The notes: a model not told the origin generated them from the sequence alone. DNA of 64,000 nt from Thermoplasmata archaeon (GCA_035557795.1 DATMDM010000166.1:2735-66734); one strand, 5' to 3'; shown: positions 26,542 to 36,998, numbered from the stretch's first letter. Translations and numbers: made by a program.

Positions 26542-27732
26542 ATGCGAGTCGCCATCCTTGGCGTGGGGGGGCTGGGCCGGACCCTGGCCTCGGAACTCCG
26601 GGGGGACCCGCGTGTGACGTCCCTGCTGCTCATTGACCTATTCGGGGAACGGGCGCGCGTGCTCACCGGCATCCGCGGTCGGGTCGCGATTGAGGCGAAG
26701 CAGCTGAACGTCGAGAACCGAATCGCCCTCACGAAGGCGATTGCGGGCTCGGACCTCGTGATCAACACGACCCTTCCGAAATACAACCTCGGGATCATGC
26801 AAGCGGCCCTCGAGGTCCGCGCGAATTACCTCGACCCCTCGGCCGCGGGACCCCGGGATGCCGGCGGACTCGCGGGGATCTTCGAACAGCTCGCGATGGG
26901 GGAGGCGTTCAAAGCCGCCGGCCTGACCGCCCTCGTCTCGATGGGCCTGGACCCCGGCATTTCGAATGTCATGGCGCGGAGCGCCGCCGAACGGCTCGAC
27001 ACGGTCGACGCGATCCGCATTCGCTCCGGCAGCGTCGCGGCGTTGCCCGGGTACACCACTTTCCCGCTTTACTCCCGCGAGGTGTTTCTATCGGACGTCT
27101 TGACGCCGCCGACCGTCTGGCTCGACGGGGTGCTCCAGAACCGGGCACCGCTCAGCGAACCGGAAGAATACCCGTTCCCCCCGCCGGTCGGGTCGCAGCG
27201 CACGTACCTCATTTCCCACGAGGAAGTGAAGACGTTGCCGAGGTACCTCGGCAAGCCGATCGGCCGGGTGGACTTCAAGTACGTCCTGGAGCCGCACCTG
27301 GTGCAGGCGATCCTCTCCCTCGACAAGCTCGGCCTCCTGGCGGATGCCCACCTGATCCGGGTCGGGAATCAGATGGTCTCGTTCCGCCGGGCGTTTCTTG
27401 CGGCGTTCCCGGAGCCGTCCGCCTTGGTCCTGCCGCTCGAAGGGGCCGAGTCGCTCAGCGTCGAGGTGGAAGGTCAGACCGGTGGGAAGCGAGTCGTGCA
27501 CCGAGGCGACGTTACCTTGACGCATCAGGAGGCGAACAGGAGGCGTTCGACGACTGCCGCCTCGTATCTGGGCGCCGTCGGCGTCGCGATCGGGACGGCA
27601 CTCATCGCGGACAAGGCGACGCCCGGGCCGGGCGTCCATCCCGCCGAGAGCCTGGATCCGGCGCGCGTGTTCAAGGAATGGGCCGCGCGGAATCTCCCGA
27701 TGGCTTGGTCCGAACGCGTCCTCGCGGGTTGA
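26542..27732 (+). CDS. Saccharopine dehydrogenase-like NAD(P)-binding oxidoreductase
   Basis: MRVAILGVGGLGRT Rossmann N-terminus followed by a Sacchrp_dh-like region. Trimmed to internal M. Confidence 0.55.
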   Translation: MRVAILGVGGLGRTLASELRGDPRVTSLLLIDLFGERARVLTGIRGRVAIEAKQLNVENRIALTKAIAGSDLVINTTLPKYNLGIMQAALEVRANYLDPSAAGPRDAGGLAGIFEQLAMGEAFKAAGLTALVSMGLDPGISNVMARSAAERLDTVDAIRIRSGSVAALPGYTTFPLYSREVFLSDVLTPPTVWLDGVLQNRAPLSEPEEYPFPPPVGSQRTYLISHEEVKTLPRYLGKPIGRVDFKYVLEPHLVQAILSLDKLGLLADAHLIRVGNQMVSFRRAFLAAFPEPSALVLPLEGAESLSVEVEGQTGGKRVVHRGDVTLTHQEANRRRSTTAASYLGAVGVAIGTALIADKATPGPGVHPAESLDPARVFKEWAARNLPMAWSERVLAG

Positions 27733-27777
27733 CTCGGCCTATCGAGCCGAGCGGGCTGAGGTCCTTCCGAATCCAGC

Positions 27778-29316
27778 TTACGTTGGATCGCCGAAGGTCA
27801 GATAGTGCCACGGCTTCCGGACCTGGTCCGTGAGGTCGATGAACACGTGCTTGATCTGCGTGTAATCCTCGAGGGAGAAGACGCTGAGGTCCTTCCCGAA
27901 GCCGCTCTGCTTGTACCCACCATGGGGCATCTCGCTCACGAGCGGCAGGTGATCGTTGATTTCGACAGCCCCGAAGCGGAGCGCGTTCGCGGTGCGGTGG
28001 GCGCGCTGCACGTCCTTCGTCCAGACGGACGAGTACAGGCCGTACACCGTATCGTTCGCCGCCTCGATCGCCTCGTCCTCGTTGGAGAACTTCTGGACGT
28101 TGACCACGGGTCCAAAGACTTCCTCGCGGGCGATTCGCATGGACGGATCCGTATCGACGAATGCGGTCGGCTCGTAGTACCAGCCTTTCGCGAACGCCTT
28201 GTCTTTCGGCCTCTTCCCGCCCAGCGCGAGCTTCGCGCCCTCGTCCTCGCCGATCTCCACGTACTTCTCGACCTTCTCCCGCTGCTTCTGCGAGACGAGC
28301 GGCCCGAGGTCCGTCGCCCGCATGAGCGGGTCGCCCATCCGGACGGTCTTGAGTCGCTCGAGGAACTTGTCTTCGAACTTCTTGTACGCCTTCTCGTGGA
28401 CGATGAATCGCGCGGCCTGCGTGCAATCCTGGCCGCCGTTCACCATCGACGCGGCGACGGCGCCTTCCGCGGCGGCCGCGATGTTCGCGTCGTCGAAGAC
28501 GATGAACGGTGCCTTGCCGCCGAGCTCGAGATGAAGCTTCTTCACGTTCGACTTCGCCGCTTCCATGATGTCCTTCCCGGTCGCCGTGTCACCGGTCAGG
28601 GAGACCATGTCGACCTTGTCGCTCGACGCGAGCTCATTCCCGACGACAGGGCCTGGACCCGTGATTAGGTTTACGACGCCGGCTGGAATCCCGGATTGTT
28701 CGACGAGCTTCCCCAGTTCGAGGGTCGTGAGCGGCGTGAGGGATGCCGGTTTGAGGACCGCGGTGTTCCCCGCCGCGAGCGCGGGGGCGAGCTTCCAGAT
28801 CGCCATCATGAACGGATAGTTCCACGGGGTGATCTGCCCGATGACGCCGATGGGCTCCCGCCGGATGACGCTCGTCGCGCCGTACGCGTATTCCGTCGAC
28901 GCGAGGCCCGTGAGGGTCCGCGCGGCGCCCGCCATGAACCGCAGGTTGTCGACGGAGAACGGGATGTCGGCGTCCCGCGCCTGCTTGATCGTCTTCCCCT
29001 GGTTCTGGACCTCGATTGGCGCGAGGTGGTCCATGTCCGCCTCGATGAGGTTCGCGAGTTTGAACAAGGCCGCGGAGCGGTCGCCCGGCGTCATGCGCGG
29101 CCACTTCCCCTTGTCGAAGGCGGCTCTCGCCGCGTCGATCGCGGCCCGCGTGTCTTCGACGTCCGCCTGCGGCACCGCGGCGATTTTCCCGCCCGTCGCT
29201 GGGTTGATTACCGTGTACGTCGCTTCCGTGTGGGACGGTACCCACGCACCGTTCACGTAGTTGAGATACTCTGACTTGCCCACTCGATTGCCCCCGGTGG
29301 AGGCGGTTAGAGTCAC
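27778..29316 (-). CDS. Aldehyde dehydrogenase (NAD(P)+) family
   Basis: ELGGKAPFIVFDDA and GQDCTQAARF catalytic Cys region. 512 aa. Confidence 0.85.
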   Translation of the reverse strand: MTLTASTGGNRVGKSEYLNYVNGAWVPSHTEATYTVINPATGGKIAAVPQADVEDTRAAIDAARAAFDKGKWPRMTPGDRSAALFKLANLIEADMDHLAPIEVQNQGKTIKQARDADIPFSVDNLRFMAGAARTLTGLASTEYAYGATSVIRREPIGVIGQITPWNYPFMMAIWKLAPALAAGNTAVLKPASLTPLTTLELGKLVEQSGIPAGVVNLITGPGPVVGNELASSDKVDMVSLTGDTATGKDIMEAAKSNVKKLHLELGGKAPFIVFDDANIAAAAEGAVAASMVNGGQDCTQAARFIVHEKAYKKFEDKFLERLKTVRMGDPLMRATDLGPLVSQKQREKVEKYVEIGEDEGAKLALGGKRPKDKAFAKGWYYEPTAFVDTDPSMRIAREEVFGPVVNVQKFSNEDEAIEAANDTVYGLYSSVWTKDVQRAHRTANALRFGAVEINDHLPLVSEMPHGGYKQSGFGKDLSVFSLEDYTQIKHVFIDLTDQVRKPWHYLTFGDPT

Positions 29317-29451
29317 CGCCCGCTAAGTAGCTTTCGCGCCTCGAGAGAGGGAGGCGAAGCGACGTTCATCCTCGAGCACGCTTGCGCTTCGAAGCCCCCG
29401 CCTTTCTCACCAAACTCGATATTCACTCGGAATACTATAAGTGCGGGAGGC

Positions 29452-29742
29452 ATGAATCGGAAGCCACGGGATGACATGAAGGCCCACAGCATCTACGTCG
29501 AGCAACGAACGATTTACAAATGTTCATGCGACCGTGAGTTCGGCGACATCCAGAAGGCAGAGTTACATCTTCGGAATCCGCCGAACGAGAAGGTCAAGAC
29601 CCTCCGACCGAAGAAACATGCGCCTCGGCGAAGGGAGGCAAAGACCGTGATGGCCGCGGCTGCGGACATGCCGGAGCCCACGGGAAGGCGCGCCTGGCTC
29701 GCTCCCAACCCCGAAGGGGACGAATCGCAAGACGGATCGTAG
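29452..29742 (+). CDS. Hypothetical small basic protein
   Basis: 96-aa ORF with a possible C-x-C element. Weak. Confidence 0.25.
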   Translation: MNRKPRDDMKAHSIYVEQRTIYKCSCDREFGDIQKAELHLRNPPNEKVKTLRPKKHAPRRREAKTVMAAAADMPEPTGRRAWLAPNPEGDESQDGS

Positions 29743-29760
29743 GCGCCGAAAAAAAGGCCG
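29743..29760. terminator. A8/T8 tract between convergent genes (possible archaeal oligo-T terminator for the minus-strand gene)
   Basis: cgaaaaaaaggccgg on plus equals ccggcctttttttcg on minus, immediately downstream of both convergent ORFs. Confidence 0.3.
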
Positions 29761-29804
29761 GATGCGGTGCGTCGACCGATCATGCACGTCCGAGTTCCAG
29801 AGCC

Positions 29805-30011
29805 CTACTTGCGGTTTGGGCCCTTGCGGCTATCTGCCTTCTCGCCGCCCCGTTTCTTCGCTGCCTTTTGCGCATAGCCAATCTCGCGCTCCATGAACAC
29901 TAAGGCACTGGAGAACGTGGCCCCTGCCGTCCGAACGAACGCGTCGGCGAACTTTCCGCCGGCCGCGGCCACTTCCTCCACTCGGCCTGCGAGCTCCTGC
30001 AGAAATCCCAT
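29805..30011 (-). CDS. Hypothetical small protein
   Basis: 68-aa ORF (MGFLQELAGRVEEVAAAGGKF...), the only plausible part of the long 29805..30623 GC-frame ORF. Confidence 0.25.
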   Translation of the reverse strand: MGFLQELAGRVEEVAAAGGKFADAFVRTAGATFSSALVFMEREIGYAQKAAKKRGGEKADSRKGPNRK

Positions 30012-30052
30012 GTCCCCCCCAGACGCGTCGGGCTCTATGAGCCTGTCGGACA

Positions 30053-31150
30053 CTACTTGGCGAGCTTGTCCATGACCACGGGGAACGAGTCCGCGAACCG
30101 CTGGCAATCGGCCTCCGACACCGTGAACGACACGCGGAGGAACTCGCCTCCGTGTTTCTTCGAGAGGTAAGACCCTGCGCGGGTGTGGACGAGGTGGTCG
30201 AACAGTAGGCGTTCCTCGACGACCTCCGGCTTCGCACCGGTCGAAGCGAGGTCGATCACGAACATGTTCGCCTTCGAGGGGTAGACCGGGAGGGAGGCGC
30301 CGTCGACCTTCTCGACGGCGTGCCGGATCGTCTCCTGATTCTTTCCGCAGGTCCGCCGGATTCCCGGCAGCCACTCCTTCTTGCTCTTGAGCGCGGCGAG
30401 CGCGGCTCGCTGCGCGAGGACGTTCACCCCAAGGACGTTCGTGTCGAATCGCCGCAGCGTCTGGATCGCATCCGCCGGTCCAATGATTGCTCCGATCCGA
30501 AGACCCGCGAGGCCCGGCGCCTTGCTGAAAGAATAGGACAAGAGGGTCCTCTCCGGGTAGAAGTCCGTGGCAAGGATGTGGTCCGCGTTGAAGTCTCGAT
30601 AGGTGATGTCGTCGATCAGCCAAAGGCCGTGGTCTCTCGCGATGTCCGCGAGGCCTTTGATCTGCGACCGCGAATATCCCGAGCCGAGCGGATTGTTCGG
30701 GTCGATCGCGAGGAGCATCTTCGTCGCGGGCGTAATCGATTCGAGCGCGAGGTCCGGCGTGAGCACGTACGGCTTGCGGTAGATGTCGACCTCGATCGCG
30801 TGACCTCCCGTCATAGCCACCTGGTCGTGGATCGGGAGGAACGCAGGGTCCGTCGAGAGCGCCTCGTCCCCCGCCTTCAGGAGCGCGCGGGTCGCGATGT
30901 ACTCCCCCTCGATCCCGCCGTTCGTCAGGATCATGTCGGCGTCGTCGAGGCCCAGGTCAGCCTTGATCGCCTCCGAGAGCCCAGAGATCCCGGCCTTCCG
31001 CGGGTAGAGATTGAACTCGCGGTCGTCGGCGCTCGTGCGGATTGCCTCGAGGATCGATGGATGGACGGGGAGGGTGTTCGTATTCTGCGACATCCAGGCG
31101 ACCTCGTGGCGGTGCTCGTGCGCGAATTCGAAGTTGTCCTTGGACGTCAT
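30053..31150 (-). CDS. Pyridoxal-phosphate-dependent aminotransferase, class I/II
   Basis: SFSKAPGLAGLRIG PLP-lysine motif. 365 aa. Confidence 0.75.
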   Translation of the reverse strand: MTSKDNFEFAHEHRHEVAWMSQNTNTLPVHPSILEAIRTSADDREFNLYPRKAGISGLSEAIKADLGLDDADMILTNGGIEGEYIATRALLKAGDEALSTDPAFLPIHDQVAMTGGHAIEVDIYRKPYVLTPDLALESITPATKMLLAIDPNNPLGSGYSRSQIKGLADIARDHGLWLIDDITYRDFNADHILATDFYPERTLLSYSFSKAPGLAGLRIGAIIGPADAIQTLRRFDTNVLGVNVLAQRAALAALKSKKEWLPGIRRTCGKNQETIRHAVEKVDGASLPVYPSKANMFVIDLASTGAKPEVVEERLLFDHLVHTRAGSYLSKKHGGEFLRVSFTVSEADCQRFADSFPVVMDKLAK

Positions 31151-31265
31151 CGAGTCCTCCCTCGGCGCGGACCGAGGCCGTCACCCCTCATATCGATTTT
31201 GGTCGAATCCCCCCGGCCCCGATTCATGCGCAAGAGATTTGACCGCGGTCCGTGATGGCCCACCC

Positions 31266-31787
31266 ATGACGCTGGAAGGAAGAAAAGTCGTCGTGCTCGC
31301 GGAAGATGGATACGAGGATCTCGAACTCTGGGTGCCATACTACCGGCTCGTGGAGGAAGGGGCCGAGGTAGTCCTCGCAGGTCACGAGAAGCGGACTTAC
31401 ACGTCGAAGCACTCGTACCCGTGCGAGGTCGACGTGACGGCCGCCAACCTGAAGGCGAAGGATTTCGACGCCGTCGTGATTCCCGGAGGCGTTGCGGGCC
31501 CGGATCGGATGCGCCAGCACAAGGAAATCCTGTCGTTCGTCCGCTCGATGGACGAAGGCCGCAAAGTCGTTGCAGCGATCTGCCATGCGGCGTGGGTGCC
31601 GATTAGCGCGGGGATCGTCAAAGGCCGCCGGATGACCTCGTATGCAAGCGTGCGAGACGACTGTCTGAACGCGGGCGCGGACTGGGTCGACAAGGAATGT
31701 GTGGTCGACGGGAATCTCATCACGTCGCGTTTCCCAGACGATCTTCCCGCGTTCTGTCGGGCCATCGTCTCCGCTTTGACGAAGTGA
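31266..31787 (+). CDS. DJ-1/PfpI family protein
   Basis: AICHAAW nucleophile-elbow Cys. 174 aa from internal M86 of the listed ORF. Confidence 0.75.
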   Translation: MTLEGRKVVVLAEDGYEDLELWVPYYRLVEEGAEVVLAGHEKRTYTSKHSYPCEVDVTAANLKAKDFDAVVIPGGVAGPDRMRQHKEILSFVRSMDEGRKVVAAICHAAWVPISAGIVKGRRMTSYASVRDDCLNAGADWVDKECVVDGNLITSRFPDDLPAFCRAIVSALTK

Positions 31788-31796
31788 GCGGCGTCG

Positions 31797-32426
31797 ATGG
31801 TCCGCGCACCCGCGGACTGGCGGAGCGTGCTTCGTCGCGCCGAGGTCCTCGTCCGACGCCGTGACATGCGGAGCCTCGAGCTGCTCCTTCCCGCCCTCCG
31901 TTGGCGGTACCTGACGGCCCGCAACCGAGCCGTGGTCCTCCTCGCCCGTTTGGGCCCGATTGCGGTCCCGCCTCTCCTCCAAACCCTGGAAAGCTCGCGG
32001 ACCGCCACCGAGCGCTCGGGAGCGGCCGATGCACTCGGCCGGATTGGGGATTCCCGGGCCGTCTCGCGACTGATCCGCGCGCTCGCGGATCCCGCGATGA
32101 CCGTGCGGCGGGCTGCGATGATCGCATTGCTGCGGCTCGAAGCGATGGACGCCGTGCCAAAGATCGCGCGCCTCCTGGAGGACGAGTCCGGTGGAGTGCG
32201 CTTGACTGCCGCGGGCGTCCTCGGGAAGCTCGAAGACCCTCGAGCCGTTCCGGCTCTCGTCCGCGCGCTCGACGACCCGCAATGGTTTGTGCGTCAGGCG
32301 TCCGCAACGGCGCTCGGAGCGATCGGGGACCGACGGGCCGCACCCGCGCTGCAGAAGGCAACTCACGATCCTCGGAAATCCGTCGCGCGGGCGGCGGCCG
32401 CGGCGCTGCGGGCGTTGCGAGCGTAA
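31797..32426 (+). CDS. HEAT-repeat (PBS-lyase-like) protein
   Basis: Repeated AxxALGxIGDxRAVxxLIxAL units. Confidence 0.6.
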   Translation: MVRAPADWRSVLRRAEVLVRRRDMRSLELLLPALRWRYLTARNRAVVLLARLGPIAVPPLLQTLESSRTATERSGAADALGRIGDSRAVSRLIRALADPAMTVRRAAMIALLRLEAMDAVPKIARLLEDESGGVRLTAAGVLGKLEDPRAVPALVRALDDPQWFVRQASATALGAIGDRRAAPALQKATHDPRKSVARAAAAALRALRA

Positions 32427-32528
32427 CAGATCCCGACGAACCCAAGTCGGACGTCGGGCGAACTTGCTCACGATTCTGTGAGCGCCAAGGAGTAGGCGGA
32501 GAAAGTCTTAAGCGAGCCGCAGGGTTAG

Positions 32529-32601
32529 GCCGCGGCGCGGGCTCGTGGTCTAGTGGCTATGACATCGCCTTGACATGGCGAAGGTCACCGGTTCGAATCC
32601 G
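32529..32601 (+). tRNA. tRNA-Val(GAC), CCA not encoded
   Basis: GGGCTCG acceptor pairs with CGAGCCC. Anticodon loop TTGACAT. T-arm ACCGG-TTCGAAT-CCGGT. Confidence 0.85.
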
Positions 32602-32670
32602 GTCGAGCCCACTGCCATTTCGAGTCGAAACCCGCAAATGATATCTACGCGCGCGGAATTCGGGGTGACG

Positions 32671-32838
32671 ATGAAGCGTCCGAACTGGAAGGCGATCGGG
32701 TTCCTCGCGTTCATCGCGGTGGGCGCCGTGTCCGCGGCGCTGGGATGTCCGTTCTTCCGAAACCCGGAGAACTACATGTCCGCAGGAGGCCTCGTTGGAT
32801 ACGTTCAGCACCTGGTCTCCGTGCACCGCAAGACCTGA
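32671..32838 (+). CDS. Possible small membrane protein
   Basis: 55 aa with one hydrophobic helix. The listed ORF starts inside tRNA-Val, so it is trimmed to internal M. Confidence 0.2.
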   Translation: MKRPNWKAIGFLAFIAVGAVSAALGCPFFRNPENYMSAGGLVGYVQHLVSVHRKT

Positions 32839-32994
32839 CGTGTCGGAGCCGGCGCTGACTTTCGGAACTACGCAGAGAGTCCGATCGATGGGCGGGGCGC
32901 AAGATCCTCGTGGCCCCGGTCGAGGCCGTCGCTCAACCGGTCACGTCAAACCGTTCTGTTCCGCCGAAGTTATCATTATGATGTGAATCGTCTG

Positions 32995-33018
32995 CGCACA
33001 CGTTCTTATAGGCTCGTC
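32995..33018 (+). promoter_or_regulatory. Putative TATA/BRE for the heme operon (cacgttcttataggctcg)
   Basis: AT-rich TATA-like element ~30 bp upstream of the hemA start, in an otherwise GC-rich spacer. Confidence 0.3.
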
Positions 33019-33041
33019 GGGTCGGACCTGTCGCGAGGCCG

Positions 33042-34328
33042 ATGAGTCGCGAGGCGCTTTCATCTCCGGGTCCTTCTGATGGGGTCACCCCCCCGGTCGC
33101 GCTACACCTCCTCGTAATCGGCACAAACCATCGCACCTCGAGCCTCGACGTGCGCGAGCGGCTACTCGGCAAAGCCTCCTATCCGTCGCTTCGGAAGGCC
33201 GGCGGACGCACCAGTCCCTGGTCCGACCTCGTCCTGCTGACGACGTGCAACCGAGTCGAAGTATACATGCTCACGGAGGCCCCTCGACGGGCCTGCGAAG
33301 CCGTTCTGAGAGCCCTCGGCGTCTCCGAGGACGAGCATCTACTGTACGTCCTCGAAGACCGCGATGCCGCGGCGCATCTTCTGCGCGTCGCCAGCGGTCT
33401 GGACTCGCTTGCCGAAGGCGAAGAGCAGGTGGCCGCGCAGGTCCGGAACGCCCCACGACAGCGACCGGCCCGGGCCTCGGCAGGCGGGCCCCTGGCCGAT
33501 TTATTCCTTCACGCCGCCCGGAGCGCTTCCCGGATCCGGAAACTCGCGGGCGTCTCAGTCGCCGACGCGTCCGCGAGTCACGCCGCCGTTCGATTCCTCG
33601 AGGCCGTCGTTCCGGTCGAGAATCGAATCGTCGCACTGATTGGGACAGGGAAGATGGCACGCATCGCGGCGAAGAGTCTCCGGCCGCGCGCCGAGATCCG
33701 CATCCTGAATCGGAATTTCGCGCGGGCCCGCGAGCTGGCAGAAGCCCTTGGCGGGAAGGCCGTCCCGCTGGCGGATCTTCGGAAGGTTCTCACCGAAGCC
33801 GATATCGTCCTCGCCGCGACCGCGGTCCGACACCCGCTCCTCACCGCGCAGACGCTCTGCACTGCAATCCGTCGACGCGAGGGTCGCCCGATCTGGCTCA
33901 TCGACCTTGGGTTTCCCCGGAACGTCGATCCGAGCTGTCGCACCCTCGCGGGCGTTCACGTGGTGGATTTGGATGGACTCGCGCCCTGGGGTCAGCGTCC
34001 TCCGTCACCGAGCGCCCAGGCCCGGGTCGAGCACCGAATCCGGGGGGAGGCGGAACGCATGATCGAATCGTTGCGCCCGGCCGCGTCGGTGGACATTGCC
34101 GTCCTCAGACGCAAGGCGGAAGCGGTCCGGCGGCACGAGGTGGAAACGACGTTGGCCCGACTCCCGGATCTCTCCGAGGGAGATCGCGCCGTCGTGGACA
34201 AGCTCGCGACTCGTTTGGTGAACCGGTTCCTCCACGGTCCCACCGAACGCCTACGCTCCCTCCCCGAGGGGACACGCACGGAAATCGTCCGGCAGATTGT
34301 CGAGAGCCTCCAACGAGGTCCTGGATGA
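33042..34328 (+). CDS. hemA: Glutamyl-tRNA reductase
   Basis: TCNRVE catalytic Cys motif, NADPH-binding GTGKMA, C-terminal dimerisation helix. 428 aa. Confidence 0.85.
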   Translation: MSREALSSPGPSDGVTPPVALHLLVIGTNHRTSSLDVRERLLGKASYPSLRKAGGRTSPWSDLVLLTTCNRVEVYMLTEAPRRACEAVLRALGVSEDEHLLYVLEDRDAAAHLLRVASGLDSLAEGEEQVAAQVRNAPRQRPARASAGGPLADLFLHAARSASRIRKLAGVSVADASASHAAVRFLEAVVPVENRIVALIGTGKMARIAAKSLRPRAEIRILNRNFARARELAEALGGKAVPLADLRKVLTEADIVLAATAVRHPLLTAQTLCTAIRRREGRPIWLIDLGFPRNVDPSCRTLAGVHVVDLDGLAPWGQRPPSPSAQARVEHRIRGEAERMIESLRPAASVDIAVLRRKAEAVRRHEVETTLARLPDLSEGDRAVVDKLATRLVNRFLHGPTERLRSLPEGTRTEIVRQIVESLQRGPG

Positions 34329-35245
34329 CTCCGTCCTTGCGGGCCGGCACTCGGGGGAGCCCGCTCGCGATCGCCCAGGCGGACGAAGTGGTGGTACGAC
34401 TCCGGACGATCCGGCCCGGCCTCCGGACGGAGACCGTCGTGATCCGGACCCATGGGGACGAAGGATATCGAGAGGACTTGGGAACGGCCCTCGACGGCAA
34501 GCGGGCCTTCACGAAACGCATCGAGGACGCTCTCCTGGAGGAGCGCATCGACTTCGCGGTCCACAGCCTGAAGGACTTGCCGACCGAAACCGCGACCGGA
34601 CTCGTCATCGCGGCGATTCCGCCGAGGGAGGATCCGAGAGATGCCCTCGTCGGCCGACGCCTGATGACTCTCGACGACTTGGGTCCGGGCGTCCGCGTCG
34701 GCACGAGCAGCCTCCGTCGGCGCGCGCAGCTCTTGTCGCAACGGCCCGGCCTCGAGGTCATCGCTCTCCACGGGAACGTGAATACCCGTCTGCGCCGACT
34801 CGACTCGAACGACTTCGACGCCGTGGTTGTCGCGGCCGCGGGCATGCGCCGACTCCACATCGATGACCGGTTCGCTCACCCGCTGTCGCCGGACGTGATG
34901 ACCCCCGCCCCCGGTCAGGGCGCGCTCGCCCTGGAGGCGCGAAAGGGCGACCGTCCGGTTCTCGACCTGTTGTCCGCGATTGACGACCCGAGTGCCCGCC
35001 GCACGACCGAGGCGGAGCGGGCCCTCGGCGCCCGTGTTGGCGGCGGATGCAACATCCCCTTCGGAGCGCTCGCCACGGTTGAGGGCGGCATGCGTCTTCG
35101 CGCCGTGCTTGCAGACCCGGAGGGTCGCCGCATCATCCGATCCGAGGATCGAGGCGACGCGTCTCGCTGGAAGGAAATCGTTGACTCCGTGTGGGCAAAA
35201 CTCGTTCAACAAGGAGCGGCCGACCTGGTCGCCGAGGCGGCGTAG
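34325..35245 (+). CDS. hemC: Porphobilinogen deaminase (hydroxymethylbilane synthase)
   Basis: GTRGSPLAIAQA N-terminus and the cofactor-binding Cys region (GGGCNIP). The ATG overlaps the hemA stop (ATGA). Confidence 0.85.
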   Translation: MTPSLRAGTRGSPLAIAQADEVVVRLRTIRPGLRTETVVIRTHGDEGYREDLGTALDGKRAFTKRIEDALLEERIDFAVHSLKDLPTETATGLVIAAIPPREDPRDALVGRRLMTLDDLGPGVRVGTSSLRRRAQLLSQRPGLEVIALHGNVNTRLRRLDSNDFDAVVVAAAGMRRLHIDDRFAHPLSPDVMTPAPGQGALALEARKGDRPVLDLLSAIDDPSARRTTEAERALGARVGGGCNIPFGALATVEGGMRLRAVLADPEGRRIIRSEDRGDASRWKEIVDSVWAKLVQQGAADLVAEAA

Positions 35246-36013
35246 ATGGACGACCTCCCGTTTCGCGGCCAGACGTTCCTCGTCGCAACCTCGGAAGACC
35301 TCGCCGACAAAGTCGCTCGTGCGGTGCGGGAGAGAGGAGGCCGCGCAATTCCATTCCCAACGATTCGCCTGGTTCCACCGGCGGACTACGAGAACCTGGA
35401 CCGCGGGCTTCGCCTCTGGCGGACGTTGGATTGGGTGGTCTTCACGAGTGCCCACGGCGTCGAGGCGGTCGTCGACCGGTCGAGGGCCTTAGGCGTGGAC
35501 TTGGCCGGCTTCCAGGGAAAGGTCGCGGCCGTAGGCCCCGCGACAAAAGCGGCCGCGGAGGCAGCGGGCCTGGCCGTGTCCTTGGTCCCGAACGAATTCC
35601 TGACCGATGCCATCGCGGGTGCGCTCGGCGACGTGTGCGGGCGAACGATCTTCCTGCCCCGCTCCCGGATCGCGCGGAAAAGCCTCGCGGACGAGCTGCG
35701 GGATCGAGGTGCGCAGGTCATCGAGGCGGATGCATACGACGCGATCCCGGCCGCGCCGGACATCGACGTTCTCCGGAAGACGGACCGGATCGATGTCGTG
35801 CTGTTCACGAGCGCGTCCGCGGCGACTCATCTAATGGACCTTCTTCCGAAAGACGTGCGGGACCGGTTGATCAAGGAGGCCGAGGCCGCGTGCATTGGAC
35901 CGGTCACCGCGCAGGCCGCACGTTCTCTCGGGTTCCGAGTTTGCGCGGTCGCGCGCAACCATACGGTCGACGGACTCGTCGAAAGCTTAGAGGAGGTTCG
36001 TGCCAATGGCTGA
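35246..36013 (+). CDS. hemD: Uroporphyrinogen-III synthase
   Basis: HEM4-like two-domain protein of 255 aa. Consistent with its position between hemC and hemB. Confidence 0.7.
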   Translation: MDDLPFRGQTFLVATSEDLADKVARAVRERGGRAIPFPTIRLVPPADYENLDRGLRLWRTLDWVVFTSAHGVEAVVDRSRALGVDLAGFQGKVAAVGPATKAAAEAAGLAVSLVPNEFLTDAIAGALGDVCGRTIFLPRSRIARKSLADELRDRGAQVIEADAYDAIPAAPDIDVLRKTDRIDVVLFTSASAATHLMDLLPKDVRDRLIKEAEAACIGPVTAQAARSLGFRVCAVARNHTVDGLVESLEEVRANG

Positions 36014-36998
36014 GCTCCCGCGTCCCCGCTATCGGCCCCGACGGTTGCGGAGGACCGCCGCCATCCGTGCGCTCGTCCGAGAGACGTCCGTCGACATCGA
36101 TCGTCTCGTGCAACCGCTCTTCATTCGGGAGGATCCCCGCATGGGGTCGGCGATTCCCTCCATGCCGGGCATCTTTCGACTGACGATGGACGAGGCCGCG
36201 TCCGAGGCGGAGCAGCTTGCGGAACTTGGCGTCCCCGCCGTGATCCTCTTCGGCCTCCCGGCGGAGAAGGATTCGCTCGGCCAGGGAGCGTACGACGAAA
36301 GCGGCGTCGTGCAGCAGGCCGTCCGTGCGGTGAAGAGGGCAACCCCGGATCTCATCGCGATGACGGATGTCTGCCTCTGCGAATACACCGACCACGGGCA
36401 TTGCGGCGTGGTCCGGGATGGTCGAATCGACAACGACGCGTCCCTCGAACTGCTCGCCAAGACGGCCGTGAGCCAGGCACGCGCGGGCGCCGACCTCGTG
36501 GCTCCAAGCGCGATGATGGACGGCCAGGTCGGCGCCATCCGCGCGGCCTTGGACCGCGAAGGATTCGAGGAGACGGCGATCCTCGCGTACGCAGCGAAGC
36601 ACGCCTCCGCGTTCTATGGCCCGTTCCGAGACGCCGCCGATTCCGTCCCCCGGTTCGGCGACCGCCGCACCTACCAGAAGGATCCTGCGAACCTGCGCGA
36701 GTCCCTCCGCGAGATCGCTCTCGACCTGGAGGAAGGTGCGGACATCGTGATGGTCAAGCCCGCCCTCGCATACCTGGACGTGATTCGCGCGGCGCGCGAA
36801 CGGTTTGACGCGCCGCTTGCCGCGTATTCCGTGAGCGGAGAGTACAGCCTGATCAAGGCGGCCGCGGAACGGGGATGGGTCGACGAACGCTCCGTGGTCG
36901 AGGAGACGATCACCGCAATCCGTCGCGCGGGCGCGGACCTCATCCTGACCTATTACGCGAAGGACTTCGCACGATGGCGGCGGGAGAGACGCGCATGA
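36000..36998 (+). CDS. hemB: Porphobilinogen synthase (ALA dehydratase)
   Basis: Active-site Lys regions and the CEYTDHGHCG metal-binding Cys cluster. 332 aa. Confidence 0.85.
   Translation: MPMAELPRPRYRPRRLRRTAAIRALVRETSVDIDRLVQPLFIREDPRMGSAIPSMPGIFRLTMDEAASEAEQLAELGVPAVILFGLPAEKDSLGQGAYDESGVVQQAVRAVKRATPDLIAMTDVCLCEYTDHGHCGVVRDGRIDNDASLELLAKTAVSQARAGADLVAPSAMMDGQVGAIRAALDREGFEETAILAYAAKHASAFYGPFRDAADSVPRFGDRRTYQKDPANLRESLREIALDLEEGADIVMVKPALAYLDVIRAARERFDAPLAAYSVSGEYSLIKAAAERGWVDERSVVEETITAIRRAGADLILTYYAKDFARWRRERRA

Noticed and set aside
28634-29274. 203-aa minus ORF and 192-aa plus ORF within aldehyde dehydrogenase
   Set aside because: Shadow ORFs. The ALDH frame has unambiguous catalytic motifs.
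29805-30623. 272-aa minus ORF
   Set aside because: Mostly antisense to the aminotransferase gene. Only the C-terminal 68 aa (29805..30011) were kept as a weak hypothetical.
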